A DNA stretch of 64,000 bases. It comes from the human T2T-CHM13v2.0 reference genome, Homo sapiens. Each line of letters opens with the position of its first letter. Position 1 is the first letter of the stretch. The stretch is taken from the NCBI GenBank assembly GCA_009914755.4, contig CP086569.2:23712001-23776000 (forward strand), in the 5' to 3' direction. Made by a program: the position numbers and the translations under genes. Below, in pieces: positions 1-13,500 of this stretch. The notes below the pieces were generated by a model. It made no database searches. It had not been told where the DNA came from and saw only the letters and a list, made by a program, of their open reading frames with translations.

Positions 1-168
1 TGTTCTCACTCATAGGTGGGAATTGAACAATGAGAACACATGGACGCAGGAAGGGGAACATCACACTCTTGAGACTGTTGTGGGTTGGGGGGAGGCGGGA
101 GGGGGGAGGGAAAAAAGAAAAAAAAGAGAAAAAAATAAATAATAAAAAAAAGAAAAATTTTGGAAGCA
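1..168 (+). mobile_element. LINE-1 3' end fragment (3'UTR with G-rich polypurine tract, then an A-rich tail). The element body lies left of the window.
   Basis: Positions 1-85 match the canonical L1 3'UTR sequence TGTTCTCACTCATAGGTGGGAATTGAACAATGAGAACACATGGAC...GGGGAACATCACACTC. The same motif recurs at the 3' end of the intact L1 at 49,380-49,450. It is followed by GGGTTGGGGGGAGGCGGGAGGGGGGAGGG and an A-rich tract (aaaaaagaaaaaaaagagaaaaaaataaataataaaaaaaag). Confidence 0.7.
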
Positions 169-3100
169 TTACACTTAACAATTTCCAAATACAAAATAAA
201 CCTAAAGTAATCAAAGCACTTTGGTACCAGTATAAAAGTAGAAAAAGAAATTAATGAAGCTGAATGCAGCACAGAAATAAACTTTTGAATAGAGAGGAGA
301 GACATACCACCTAGATTTTTCATTCAACTATATGTCATAATTCCTTTGGTAAGCAGGACCCACGCAGGAGAGGAGAGTTACACCATTTAGATGCTAATTT
401 CTGTGATATTTCAAATTTTTTCTGGATGCAGAGAACAATCTGGAGAGACACATAACCTAGCTGATAGGCCAAGAGATATGTGATATTATACCCTCTTGAT
501 AGAGCTCAAGCAGAAAAATCACATTATTTTGATTCTAACCCAGTGATAAGTAGCAATGCACCCATGGAAAGAAATTTGAGCCAAAAAGTCTCAACACCTG
601 GGTACTAGACCCAGGGATACGACACAATCTCATCATCTTTGAGGGTGACAACTTTAACTTTTAGCTAAACTTGTATATTAGAGTGACAATCTCACATGTT
701 TGCTGGGACAATGCATGACCCTCTGCAACATCCAAGTGATTTATAAAACCTGCATAAGAGTTGCAAAGCTGTGTGAGGCCTATGTGGTGGTATGGGCTCA
801 CAATCTTACATATTAACCTAAACCCAGGTTTGATAGTCAAGATCTCTCCTTTAGGCAGGGTTAAGGAAGAAGACCCATTATTATTCCTGTGGGCTGGGTC
901 TAGAAATGAGTGACCATCCCACTTGTGGCCAGGACCACATATAAATGTCACAATTCCAACTTTGTGCTGCATTCCCTTATTAGACTCATGATCTCGACAG
1001 TGGCATTGTAAATGTGGGATGGTGATAACTTTTAATTTCACCTGGGTATGTAACATAGAGTCCCAATCTGAAGGTTTGGCTGGGCCCTGTTATGAAATTT
1101 TATATCAACAAAGAGTTTATATACTACAGGTTAGTGTTGGAAGCTTCTGTGAGGTTGTTACATATTTGCAACCGAGGACATTGTCTATTGCCCCAAGCCT
1201 AACAGTGAAAGGCAAAATATCTTCTATTGGCTGAATCCCAATATAAGTTTGAACATCATGTCTGTGAACTGAAGCAGGGTATATGTTATAATCCCATATG
1301 TGGACAAAAAGCTAGGCAGGAGGGTAACATCACTTAGATGTTGTGCCAAGCAATATTTCACAATGTCTTCTCTAGGCAGGGCATAGGGAATTTGGTCATA
1401 TTAACTGCATGCTGGACCCAGCAATATGACAACATCCCACATGTGGAAAAAACCCAGCCAAGTTATGAGAACCAAAACACCTGCATGAAGAGACCAAGAT
1501 ATGTCAAAATACGTTAGGTGGCTGCAGCACAGGAGGAAAGTCACATAACAATGGTCCTGGGCCGAGCAATATGCAATATTCCATAAGTTCCTCTATATGC
1601 AGAAGCAAGGCAGAAGAGTAACATCATCTGGGTGCCGGGCCCTGCTGTAGGCCAAAATTCCTGTTTTGCAGGAATGGCTTGGGAAAATGAGGAGAGTCAC
1701 ATAACCTGAGTGCTGGGCTCAGTAATGTGCCAAAATCCTCCTATTGTGAAGGTCCAGGCTGAAAAAGAGAGTCACATCATTTAGGTCATGGGCTCAGAGA
1801 TACGTCCCAATGTCCCCAGTAGTCAGGGCTTAGGCAAACAAGGAGAGTCATATCACCTATGTGCTTCCCTAGAAATATGTCACAGGGTAAAATATGGGCA
1901 GAACTTATGCAGAAGAGCCACAACCCCAGAGTGCTGGGTTCTGAGATATTTCACAAGGTTCTCTTAGGGCAGCACCCAGCAAAGATAGTTAGGTGCGGGT
2001 TCTCTGTTTATGCCACAATGCTCCGTGTGGCCTCCATGTACACAGGGCCCAAGGAGGGAGTCACTTCACCTAGATGATAGGCCCAGAGATATGTCACAAT
2101 GACCTCTATGAAGCATAGCCCTGGCAAAAGTGTACCATCACCTGTGTGTATGGCCTAAAATATATCATTGTCAAGGTTGGCAGGGCCCAAGCAGAAAAGC
2201 CACATAACCCAAAGATAGACCCAGAGACATGTCACAATATCCTTTTGTGGACATGTCTCAGACAAAAGAGTACCCTTCCCTGTGTCCGTGGCCTTGCAAT
2301 GTGTCACTATCTTTCCTTTGTTCAGGGCTCATTTTAGAGAAGAGAGTTACATAACTTATGAGATGGACACAGAAATATGTTACAATATGTTATTATTCAA
2401 GTGGGCGGATCCCGGGAGAGGAGCCATATCATCTCCATAATAGGCCTTTATGGTATGTCAAAATTCCCTCTTTTGGGCATGGCCCTGGAAAAAAACTCAT
2501 CACTTCTGTGCCTGGCCTAGGAATAAGTCACTATTCTGCCCTGTGTGCAGGGTCCATAAAAAAGAGGAGAGTATTGTCTTCTAAGTGATAGGCACAGAGA
2601 TATGTCACAAGAATATGACATCACCTGGGTGGGGATTCAGTGATGTCACAATCTTACTGAGAGCAGGGCCTCAGTACAATAGTGTGTACAATAGTCACAT
2701 TACTTCAAGTTTGACTCAGGTAGATATTAAAATTCCATATGTAGGCTGGAAACTGTCTGAAGAGTGAAATCACACAGGTGCTTGGCAAGATTTTATGCCA
2801 GAATAACGATGGAATTAAATTCTAGGGATGAGATGTAAAATAACACACGTGTCCTGTTTACCTGTAGGAGAGCTGCTTTCATCCATCTGTTATGATGATA
2901 GTCCTTACTGTCAACTGAGGGTGCATACAAGATTCACAATTTTCTCTGTGGGCTAGGACCTGTTATGACACTCTTTATACAAACCAAAGGTGGGATATCA
3001 TGTGTGGGTGTTGTCATGATCTGTGACCTTTTTACCAGAAGGTAAACCTGAACAACACTCATGTCCCAAAAATAGTTATTAGAGTCAAAATTTCTCCTAT

Positions 3101-4257
3101 TGTTTCCATTCACATATGAGAGTCATTATCATGCCTGTTAGCTGTGCCTAGGTATAGGTCACAATCCTCTCTCTGGTTATTAAACTGGCAGGACAAACAC
3201 CTCACCTAAATCCTGAGCCAGAAATATTTCAATATTTTCTTTAAAGGTAAGACCCTAACAGAAACTTCACAAAACTTGGGTGCTAGGCAAAGTTCTATGG
3301 CAAAATGGCCCTTGAGGAAAAAGTCCAGGCAGGAGAGGAGAGTCATATAACAAATGATTGACCCAATGATATGTCACAATGCCTCCTGTTGAAAGGCCCA
3401 GGCCAGAGAGTCATGTCATTTGGATGCCATGTTTAGAAATTCTACAGTCTTCACTGGATGCAGGGTTCAGGCAGGAGAGGAGAGTCACATAACCTGGATG
3501 ATGGGTACAGATATATGTTACAATCCCCTCTGAGGTCACTTTTAGACAGGGGAATCAAATCACCAAGGTTCTTGGCATAGGTTTACGTCAAAATGTAATC
3601 TGTGGGCTATAAGTAGGCATGGTTATTAAATCACATAGGAGCTGGACAATGGCATATGTCACAAAAACAACTGTGGAAAGGTTAAGAAATGAAAGTCACC
3701 ACCTTGCATGTGTCCTGGCTCCAGGTACAATTGTCATTATTAGGGTTTCGGTCTGGTCTCAGGTATATGGAACAGTATCACCTCTGGCAGGGAGAAGAAA
3801 GGAAAGTCACATCATTTGTGTGGGTGCTGGTCCAGTGAAATGTCACAATCCTACCTGTGGGCAGGACTGTGGGAGAAGAGTCTCTTCACCTGGATGCTGG
3901 TTTCAGTGATATATGCAAATCCCCCTTGTGGGCAAGGCTTAGGAAGAACAGTAGACAAACTTCACCTTGGTAATTGGCATGAATATGTGTCACAGTGGCC
4001 ACTATGTGAAGAACCAAGGCAGAAGTGTCACCTAATCTTGGTGCTGCATTCAGCAATATGTCACAATCTCTTTGGTGTTCAGGGCCCAGGCAAGAGAGAA
4101 GAAACATTACCCAGGTGCTGAGCCATGGGATATGTTAAAAAGCCCCCACAAAAAAGAGTCACATCACCTGGGTGCAGTGCCCAGTTATGTTTCACAATGC
4201 ATTGCGAGTTCAGGGCCAAGGTAGTAGAAGGAAGTTACATCACTTATGCAATGCACC

Positions 4258-4550
4258 TAGGCAGGCAGATCACGAGGTCAGGAAATCGAGGCCATCCTGG
4301 CTAACACAGTGAAACCCCATCTCCATTAAAATACAAAACAAAACAAAAAAATAGCCAGGTGTGGTTGTGGGCACCTGTAGTCCCAGCTACTTGGGAGGCT
4401 GAGGCAGGAGAATGACGTGAACCTGGGAGGCAGAGCTTTCAGTGAGCTGAGATCGCTCCACCGTGCTCCAGCCTGGGCAGCAGAGTGAGACTCCATCTCA
4501 AAAAAAAATAAGCAAAACATAAAAGAAAACAAAAAAGCCACAGTACTCTT
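4258..4550 (+). mobile_element. Alu element, 5'-truncated (starts about consensus position 40), with A-rich tail
   Basis: The sequence GGCAGGCAGATCACGAGGTCAGGAAATCGAGGCCATCCTGGCTAACACAGTGAAACCCCATCTC...GCCAGGTGTGGTTGTGGGCACCTGTAGTCCCAGCTACTTGGGAGGCTGAGGCAGGAGAATG...CCAGCCTGGGCAGCAGAGTGAGACTCCATCTCAAAAAAAAATAAG matches the Alu consensus. Satellite block C resumes at ~4,600. Confidence 0.85.
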
Positions 4551-7500
4551 CTTAGGCAGGGGTCAGGATAAGATCTCACATCAGCTGTGTGATGGTCGCA
4601 GTGACATGTAAAAGTGCCTTTGTCACATGGCCAAAGAAAGTGTCATCCATTGCATAAGTGTGTGCTGCATGTGTGTCACAATTTCAACCGTGCCCTGGAT
4701 GTAGAAAGTCAGAACACTCAGATATTGACAAAAGTCCACCCTTCTTATCAGTTGGGTCTAAGTACAAGAGTCATAATCTCAACAATGAGCAAGATCCATG
4801 TATAAGAGCCCCAGTCCCACTTGAAGATGGTGTTCCAGTAGGAGACTCACAGCACCACAGTTCACTGAATCATGGTTCAAAAGTCACCAAACAACCTGTG
4901 GATCAGATTCATGTATGGAAGTAACAATTTCAAGCTTCCATTGATTATATCTGTGAGATTTAGTACCTCATATGTAGATGCTGTTAATGTGTGAGAATAA
5001 CAATCATGTCAGCTGGGTGTGAATCCAAGAGTCACAGTAACACCTGGTTTCTGGGGACTGTTATCACACCCTTTGTACCACTCAGGCTTTATGTGATATG
5101 CCTAAATAACATACTTTCCTGTGAATTATTACAGGTGGGTGATCTTGGACTTTACCTTTGTTGATAAGACTGGCTATGAGAGTTGAAACACCTCCCATGG
5201 CTGTGTCTAGTTATAAGAGTTATTATTGGGCATATGAGCTGAATCCAGGTGTATGTCCCAATTTCACCTTTGGACAGAGACAAGACAGAAGAGTCTCATC
5301 ATCTGGGTTCTGATCCAGGGACTCAGTGGTACGTCACAATTTCTTCAGAGAGCAGGATCCAGACAGGAGAGGAGATTCACATTACCTAATGCAATATCAA
5401 GAGCTATGTCCCAGTATTCCCAGTGGACAGGGAACTGGCAGGAGAGACACATGACCTAGCTGATAGAACTAAAGATATGTGACAATATCTGCTGTTTGGC
5501 AGGGTCCAAGCAGAAGAGTGACATTATTATAAATCTAACCCAGAGATATTTCACAATGCACCCATGGAAAAGAATGTAAGCCAAAAGTTCTCAACACCTA
5601 GAGGTACTAGGCCTAGTGATATGACACAATCTCTTCATGTGTTAGGGTGACACCTTTGACTGTTAGCTAGGTGTGTGTATATAAGAGTCACAATGTCACG
5701 TGTGTTCCGGGTCATCATATGACACACTCTATCATATCTGAAGGCTTGGTATGCATGAGACTTGCAATCTACTATGAGAACTACATGCTGATATTAACTC
5801 ACAATTTTACATATTGCTTTAAATCCAGTTATGATAGTCCACATCTCTCTTATTAGCTGGATTTAGACAGGGGACCCATTATTATGCCCCTGATCTGGGT
5901 CCAGAAATAAGTCACCATCTCACCTGTAACAACATCCACATATGAAACTCACGATTCCATCTTTTTACTTTATTTACATTTTAAACTCAGGGCTTCAGCA
6001 GTGGGATTTGTAAACATGAGATGGGGACAACATTGGCTCCACCTGCATGTGTAATCAAGAATCATGATTTTAACCATCTCCTGGGCCCTTTTATAAAGCT
6101 CTGTGTACCACGCAAGGATTTTATAGAATATGAGTCAGTGTTTTACACTTCTGTTAGCTTTGTTCAGATTTGCAACTCTTAATTGTAATTTAATAGGTAA
6201 ATAGTAATTTACCTATTACTCTAAGTGTAGAAATGAGAGGCAAAATATCTGCTATTGGTGGAATTCCAATTTCAGTTTGATAGTCACACTTCTGAATTGA
6301 AGCAATGTAAATTTCATAATCTCATTTGTAGAAAAAAATTAGCAGCAGAGTAGCACAACTTACATTCTGTGCCAAGCAATAAGTCACATTGCCCTCTCTA
6401 CACAGGGTCTGAAATGCGGGTTACAATATCTGGGTGCTGAACCCAGCAACATGACACAATCCCAAACGTGGATAAATCAAACCCAGACAAATGATGAGAG
6501 CAAATCACCTACAGAATTGGCCCAAGATATGTAAAAATACTTTCTGTTGCTCCAGCAGAGGCAGGAGAGTTACATCATCAGAGTGTGTGTCCTAGCAATA
6601 TGCCATAATTATATCTTTATGCAGAACCCAGTCAGAAAAGGAACACCATCTCAGTGCTGGGCCCAGCAATAGGTCAAAATTCCTTTTTACGGTCATGGTT
6701 CGGGAAAAAAAAGAAGAGTCATATTACATAATTATTGGGCTTAGCAATAGGTCACATTGACCAATTGTAAAAAAAAATAAAAATAAAAAAAATAAAACCT
6801 GCAGAAGAAAAGAGTCACATTACATAAGACACAGGCTCAGATATATGGTCCAATGTCCCAGGTAGGTAGGACTCAGGCATAAGAGAAGAGTCATATCACG
6901 TAGATGCTTCCCTAGGTTTATGAAATAATCTAACGTGTTAGGTGAAACCATGCAGAAGAGTCACATCACTTTGATGCTGGTCTAGAGATATGTCACAAGC
7001 CTCCCTTAAGACAGGACCCTAGCTAGAGAATTACAACAAATGAGTTCAGGTTCTACCCTTATGTTCAATGTGGGCAGAACCCAAGCAGGGAGTCACATTA
7101 TCTAGCTGATAGGTGCAGAGCTATGTCACAATGTCCTCCTTAAGTTATGGTCCTAGTGAAAGGGCACCATCACCTGTGTGACTGGCCTAGCAATATGTCA
7201 CTATTTGAGTAAGCAGGACCCAAGCAGGAGAGCAAATTCACCTAGGTGATAGGTCCAGAGATTTGTCAAATGTCATCTTAAGGACAGGGCCCTCGCAAAA
7301 GAGTGCTGTCACCTCTTTGCCTGACACAGCCATATGTTACTATCCCCCACTGTGTGCAGGGTCCATTCTAGTGTGTAGAGTTATGTCACCTAAGTGGTTG
7401 ACACAGTGATAAGTGCCAGTGATATCTGTGCACATGACTCAGGCAAAAATGTAACATGACCTGAGTGCTGGATCCAGTGATACGTCACAATTCTTACTGA

Positions 7501-10500
7501 GAGCAGGGATTGAGCAAAAACATCGCATCACCTAGAGGTTGGCCCAGGTAGATTTCACAATAACATATTGATCTGGAACAAGTCTGAAGAGTCAAATCAC
7601 ACAAGTGCTTGGCCAGCAAGCACAAGATTTATATCACAGACACAGTGGCAGAAAATTACCAGGATGAGATTTAAAATACCACACATGTCCTATTTTCATG
7701 AGTGACATTTGACTTCAGATATGTGAGACAGTGACAGTCCTTACTGTCAGCTGGGTGTGCATATGAGACTCACACTTTCACCTTCCTACTGGGTTCCATT
7801 ATATATACACTCTCAGTACAAGCCAAGGGCTGTTAAAGTCTTCTTTGTCCTTTTTTAAAAGAAAGTGATTTATTCACTCCTGTTTCTGAACGAAGTTATG
7901 AAACTTAAAATTACTCCAATTTCTGGGGTCCACATATGAGGGTTATTATCATGCCTGTGAGTTGTGCCTAGGTATGTGTAACAATTTAATCAGTGGCAAT
8001 GAAATAGGCACAACAGTCAAGTACAACAAATGCTGAGCCAGAAATATTCCAATATTCTCCTTGTTGGCAAGTTTCTGTCAGCAAAGTTGCATAACTTGGG
8101 AGTTACACCCAGATGTATGGCACAATGCCCCTTGTTGGCAGTGTCCAGACACAAAAAGAGACTCATATCACTTAAATGCTAGGCCCAGAGATATGACACA
8201 ATGTCGCATGTTGAAAGGACCAGGCAAAAGAGTCAGATCACTTGGATGCAGTGCTTAGAAATGGTACAATCCCCATTGGAAGCAGTATCCAGGCAGGAAA
8301 GGAGAATTAGATAACTAGATGATGGGTCCAGAGCCATGTTACAATCCTTCTTGAGGATACCGTAAATATAGGAGAGTCAAATCACCAAGGTGCTCAGCCA
8401 AGGTATATATCCAAATCTAATTTGTGGGCCACACGTAGGCAGGATTATTTAGTCTCTTGGGAACTGGGAAATAGTTTATGTCACAATGACACAGGTGGAA
8501 AGTTTCAGGAATGAGAATCACCCTCTTGTATATGACCTGGCTTAAGGTTTAAGAGTCATGATTAGTACTCTTATTTGGCCTCAGGTATATGGCACAGTAT
8601 CATCTGTGGGCAGAGAGCAAGCAAAAATATCGCATCACCTGGATGGGTGCTGATCCAGTGAGATGTCACAATCTTTCTTGTGTCCAGGACTCTGGAAGAA
8701 GAGTCACTTCACCTGGCTACTGGTTTTAGTGATATATCAAAATTCCTTGTGTGAGCAGGCCTTAAGAAGTTGAGGAGACTTATTTCACCTAGGCAATTGG
8801 CTATATATATGTGTCTCAATGGCTGCTGGTGCAAAACCAAGGTATGAAACTGACCTCACTTTGGTGCTGGGTTTATTAATATGTCACAATCTCCCCTGCT
8901 GTCAGGGTGAGGCAAGAGAGGAGAAACATGACCTATGTGCTGAGCCAAGTGATACTTTACAAAGCTTCCTGTTGACAGAACCCAAAATGGAGAGTCACAT
9001 CACCTGGGTACAGTACCCAGTTTTGTGTCACAATGCACCATAAGTGGAGGGCCAAGGAAGTAGAAGTGACATCACTTACATGATAGACCTAGATATGAGC
9101 CACAATGCCTTTTATAGGCAGAGATAAGGCAAATAATTTACCTCACCTGGGTGCTGGTCCCAGTGATAAGTAAATGTGCAATTTGTAGGCAGGTCCAGGC
9201 ACCTTTGCTTAGTTGTATGTTCCACATATGTCACAAGTTCATCCGTCCTCATGGCCAAAAAAGGAGAGTTAAATTATTCAGGAGTGGGGATAACTTTTAT
9301 GTCCTAATCACACACTAGGAAATATTCAGAAATACATTTCCCAGTCCCACACAAGTCTTGGCTTTGCGTGTGTGAGTCAACACATCCAGTGGCTTGGATC
9401 AAAACAGAGGAGTCACAATCTCAACAATGCACAAGATCCATGTATAAGATGCCAATTCCACTTGAAGATTGTGTTCTAAGAGGAGAGTCACAGCTTCACA
9501 GGTCTGCTGATTCATGCATCACAAAAGGATCCTTGGGTCAGATTTATTTATGAGAGAAAAAATTTCAAACTTCGACTGCTTTTTTTCATGAGATCTAGTA
9601 CGTTATTTGTAGGCCCTATTCTTGTGAGAGAATGACAATCAGGTCATCTGGGTGTGCATCCAATAGTGACAATAGCATCTGATTGTTGTTCCCTGTTATG
9701 ACACTCTTTGTACCACTCACGCTTTACATGATATGCCTGAGTGTCATAATCCTCTGTGAAATGTACACAATTAGGAGACTGATTACTTTACTTATGGCCA
9801 TAAGACTGGCTATGAGAATCAAAATGTCTCCCTTTCTGGGTCGAGGTATGATAGTTATATTTGTGCATGGTAGCTGAATGCAGCTATATGTCACAATTTC
9901 ACCTGTGGGCAGAAATATCACAGGAGAGTCTCAACACATGGATGCCAAGCTCAGGAAACATTATAATCTCCTTTGCAAGCAGGGCCAAGTCAGAAAAGTC
10001 ACATCACCTGGGTACAGCCACAAGTAATATGGTCCCATGTCCACTGTAGACAGGGTTGAAGAAAAAGAGGATAGTAACACCATCTTGGTGCTGGGCTCAG
10101 CAATATGTAACAATCCCCTGTTTTGGCCAACTTCAGAATACAGAGAAGAGTTGCACTGCCTAGGTTTTCCACTCATCGGTATGTCACAATTCCTTTAGTG
10201 GGTAGGACGTAGGCAGGAGAGAAGAGTGACATTTCCTAGATGTTACCCCGATGATGTCACAATGTTCCCTGGGGGCAAATCAGAGGCAAAATAGAAAAAT
10301 CACCTATCAGATAGGCTCAGAGATATGTGATATTATCCCTACTTGGCAGGACCCCAGCAGAAGAGTCACATTATTATGATTCTGTCCCAATGATATGTCA
10401 CAATGCACACATGGAAAACAATTGGAGCCAAAGTTTTAACACCTGGGTACTAGGCCTAATGATATGACAAAATCTCCTCATATTTTAGGGTGACACCTTG

Positions 10501-13500
10501 AACAGTGATCTTGGTGTGTATATGAGTCACATTGTCATGTGTGTGCTGCATCATTTTATGATGCCCTCTACAACATCGGAGGGCCTTACATAGTATGCAT
10601 GAGAGTTGCAAACTACACTGAGGCCCACACACTCATATAGACTCTCAAACTTATATAGTGCCTTAAACTCAGGTGTGATAGTCAACATCTCTCATTTAGG
10701 CTGAGCTCAGGAATGAGACTTATTTTTATGCTTTGAGCTGGCTCTGAAAATGAGACACGATCGAACCTGTGGCCAGATCCACAAATAAGAGTCACAATTC
10801 CATATTTGAAGTGTTTTTACCTGTTGAACTCAGTTCCTCAACAATGGGCTTTGTAAAAGTGGGATGGTGACAACTTTTACTTTCACCTGGGTGTCTAATT
10901 GAGAGTTACAATCTTAACTTTTTGCTAGGCCTTGTTATGAAACTCTCTGTACCACCAAAGGAGTTTGTACAATACTAATTAGTGTTGTAAACTACTCTGA
11001 GTTTGGTACAAATATGCAAACCAGGATTTTACCTATTGCTCTAAGCCTTGTGATTAGAGGCAAAATATCTTCTATTGGTTGAATCCCAATATAAGTTTGA
11101 CCATCATGCCTGCGAAGTGGAGCAAAGTATATGTCATAATCTCATTTGTGGACAAAAAAATTAGGAAAAATAATAACATCACTTAGGTTATGTGGTAAGC
11201 AACTTGTCACAATGCCTTCCCTAGGAAGAATATAGGGGGAGGGTCATATTAACTGGGAGCTGGGCCCAACAATATTACACAATTTTTCTTGAGAAAAAGA
11301 TTAACCAAGGGATGAGAGCCAAAACACCTAGAGAATAAGCTGAAGACCTGTAAAAATTGTGTCTGTGGCTCTGGAACCAGCAGGACAGTAGCATCATCAG
11401 GGTTCTGGGGCCACCATTCTGCAATAATTCTCATTTTATTCAGGACAGTAGCAGAAGAGTAACATCACCTGAGTGCAATAGGTCAAAATTGCTCTTTGTG
11501 TGCATGGTTCAGAATAAAGAGTAGAATCATATGACCTAAATGCTGGTCTCAGCAATATGTTCACAACCACCACCACCCCCACCATTTTGAAGGGTGACAG
11601 GAGAAGAGAGTCATATCACTTAGGTCATGGGGTCAGAGATAGGTCCCAAAGTCCTCAGTAGGCAGAACTAAGAAAGAAAAGGAGAGTAGTATCTCCTATG
11701 TGCTTCTTTATGTATAAGTCACAATCTAACACATGGGCAGAAACCAGGCAGAAGAGCCACATTACCTAGGTGCTGGGTGCTAAGATGTGTCACAGGTCCC
11801 CCTTAGAAGAGAAACAAAGTGAAAGAGTTACATCACCTTGGTGCAGGTTTCACTTTCGTATCACAATGCTCTCTGTGGGTGAGGCCCAAACATTGAGTCA
11901 TATCAACTAGGTGATAGGGCCAGAGATATGTCACAATGTCCTTTTTGAAGCATAGCCCTGGGGAAAGAGTACCATCATCTGTGTGCCTGGCCTAGAAATA
12001 TGTCACTCTCCAGGTTGGCAGGGACCAAGTAGAAGAGCGGCATAACCTAAGTGATACTACCAGAGATATGTCACAATACCCTCCTTTGGGCATGGCTCTG
12101 GCAAAAAAATATCCCCACCTGTGTGCCTGGCTTTGCAATATGTCACTATCCTTCCTTTGTGCAAGACCTATACCAGAAAGGAGAGTTACATCACCCAATG
12201 TGGTTGACCTAAAAGCTAAACCCAAAAATATGTCAAAATTCCTCTTGTTGAGAAGGTTCAGAAGAGAGTGTCATGTCATTTGGATGCAATGTTTAGAAAT
12301 GCTACAATTACTAAAGTAAGCTGGGTACATGCCAAAAAGGAGAGTCATATACCCCAGATAATGGGTCCAGAAATATGTGGCTAGTCCCCCTGAAAACATT
12401 GGTAAGGTAGCACCGTCAAATCACCAATGTCCGTGACCCAAGTTTTGTCAAAATCTCATTTGTGGGACGTACCTAGGTGGAAGTGTTAAATTTCACAGGC
12501 ACTAGACAAAGGTGTACATACAATTACACTTGTGGAAAGGTTTGAAAATAAGGCTCACCATCCTATACATGTCCTGGCTCCAGACATATGAGTTTTTATT
12601 AGTCTTTTATTATGGTCTCAGGTATATGACACCATATCTCCTGTAGTAAGAGAGAAGGCAAGAAAGTCACACCACCTATGTGGGTGCAGTTCCAGTGAGA
12701 TGTGACAATCCACCTGGTGGTCAGGACCCTGGAAGAAGAGTCACATCACCTGGAAGTTCCTTTTAGTGACATATGAAAAACCCGCCTGTGAGGGTTTTAA
12801 ACTCAGAACCTCAACAGTGGGTTTTCTAAATGTGGGATGGTTGCAACTTCTAATTTCACCCGGGGGTGTAGTAGAGACTTCCAATCTGAACTTTTTGCTG
12901 GCTCATGTTATGAAAATTTCTACCACAAAAGAGTTTATACAATGTAATTTAGTGGTGTAAGCTTCCTTGAGCTTGGTATAAACATGCAACCCAGGACCTT
13001 ACCTATTTCCACAAGCCTAACAATGAAAGGCAAAATATTTTCTATTGGCTGAATCCCAATATAAGTTTGATCATCATGGCTGTGAACTGAAGCAGTTATA
13101 TATTATAATTACATACGTGTGAAAAACACTAGGCAGGAGGGTAATGACATTTTGATGCTGTGCCAGGAAATACTTCACAATGTCTTCTCTAGGCAGGGTA
13201 TAGGAAATTGAGTCACATTAGCTGAATGCTGGACCCAGCAATATGATACAATCCTGCATATGGGAAAAGACTCAGCCAAGTTATGAGAGCCAAAATACCA
13301 GCACAGTATGCCCAAGATACATCAACATATCTTAGTAGCTCCAGCACAAGCAGGAAAGTCACATCATAAGGGTACTGGGACCAGCAATATGTAATATATC
13401 ATAATTAGCTCTTTATGCAGATTCCAGGTAGATGGTTAACATCATCTGGGTGCTGGGCAATGCAATAAGTCAAACTTTCTTTCCTGTGGGCATGGTTTGG

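Noticed and set aside
30-323. ORFs 30..254 (+) and 6..323 (-) at the window start
   Set aside because: They span the L1 3'UTR G-rich tract and the A-rich tail (poly-K or poly-F translations). They are artefacts.
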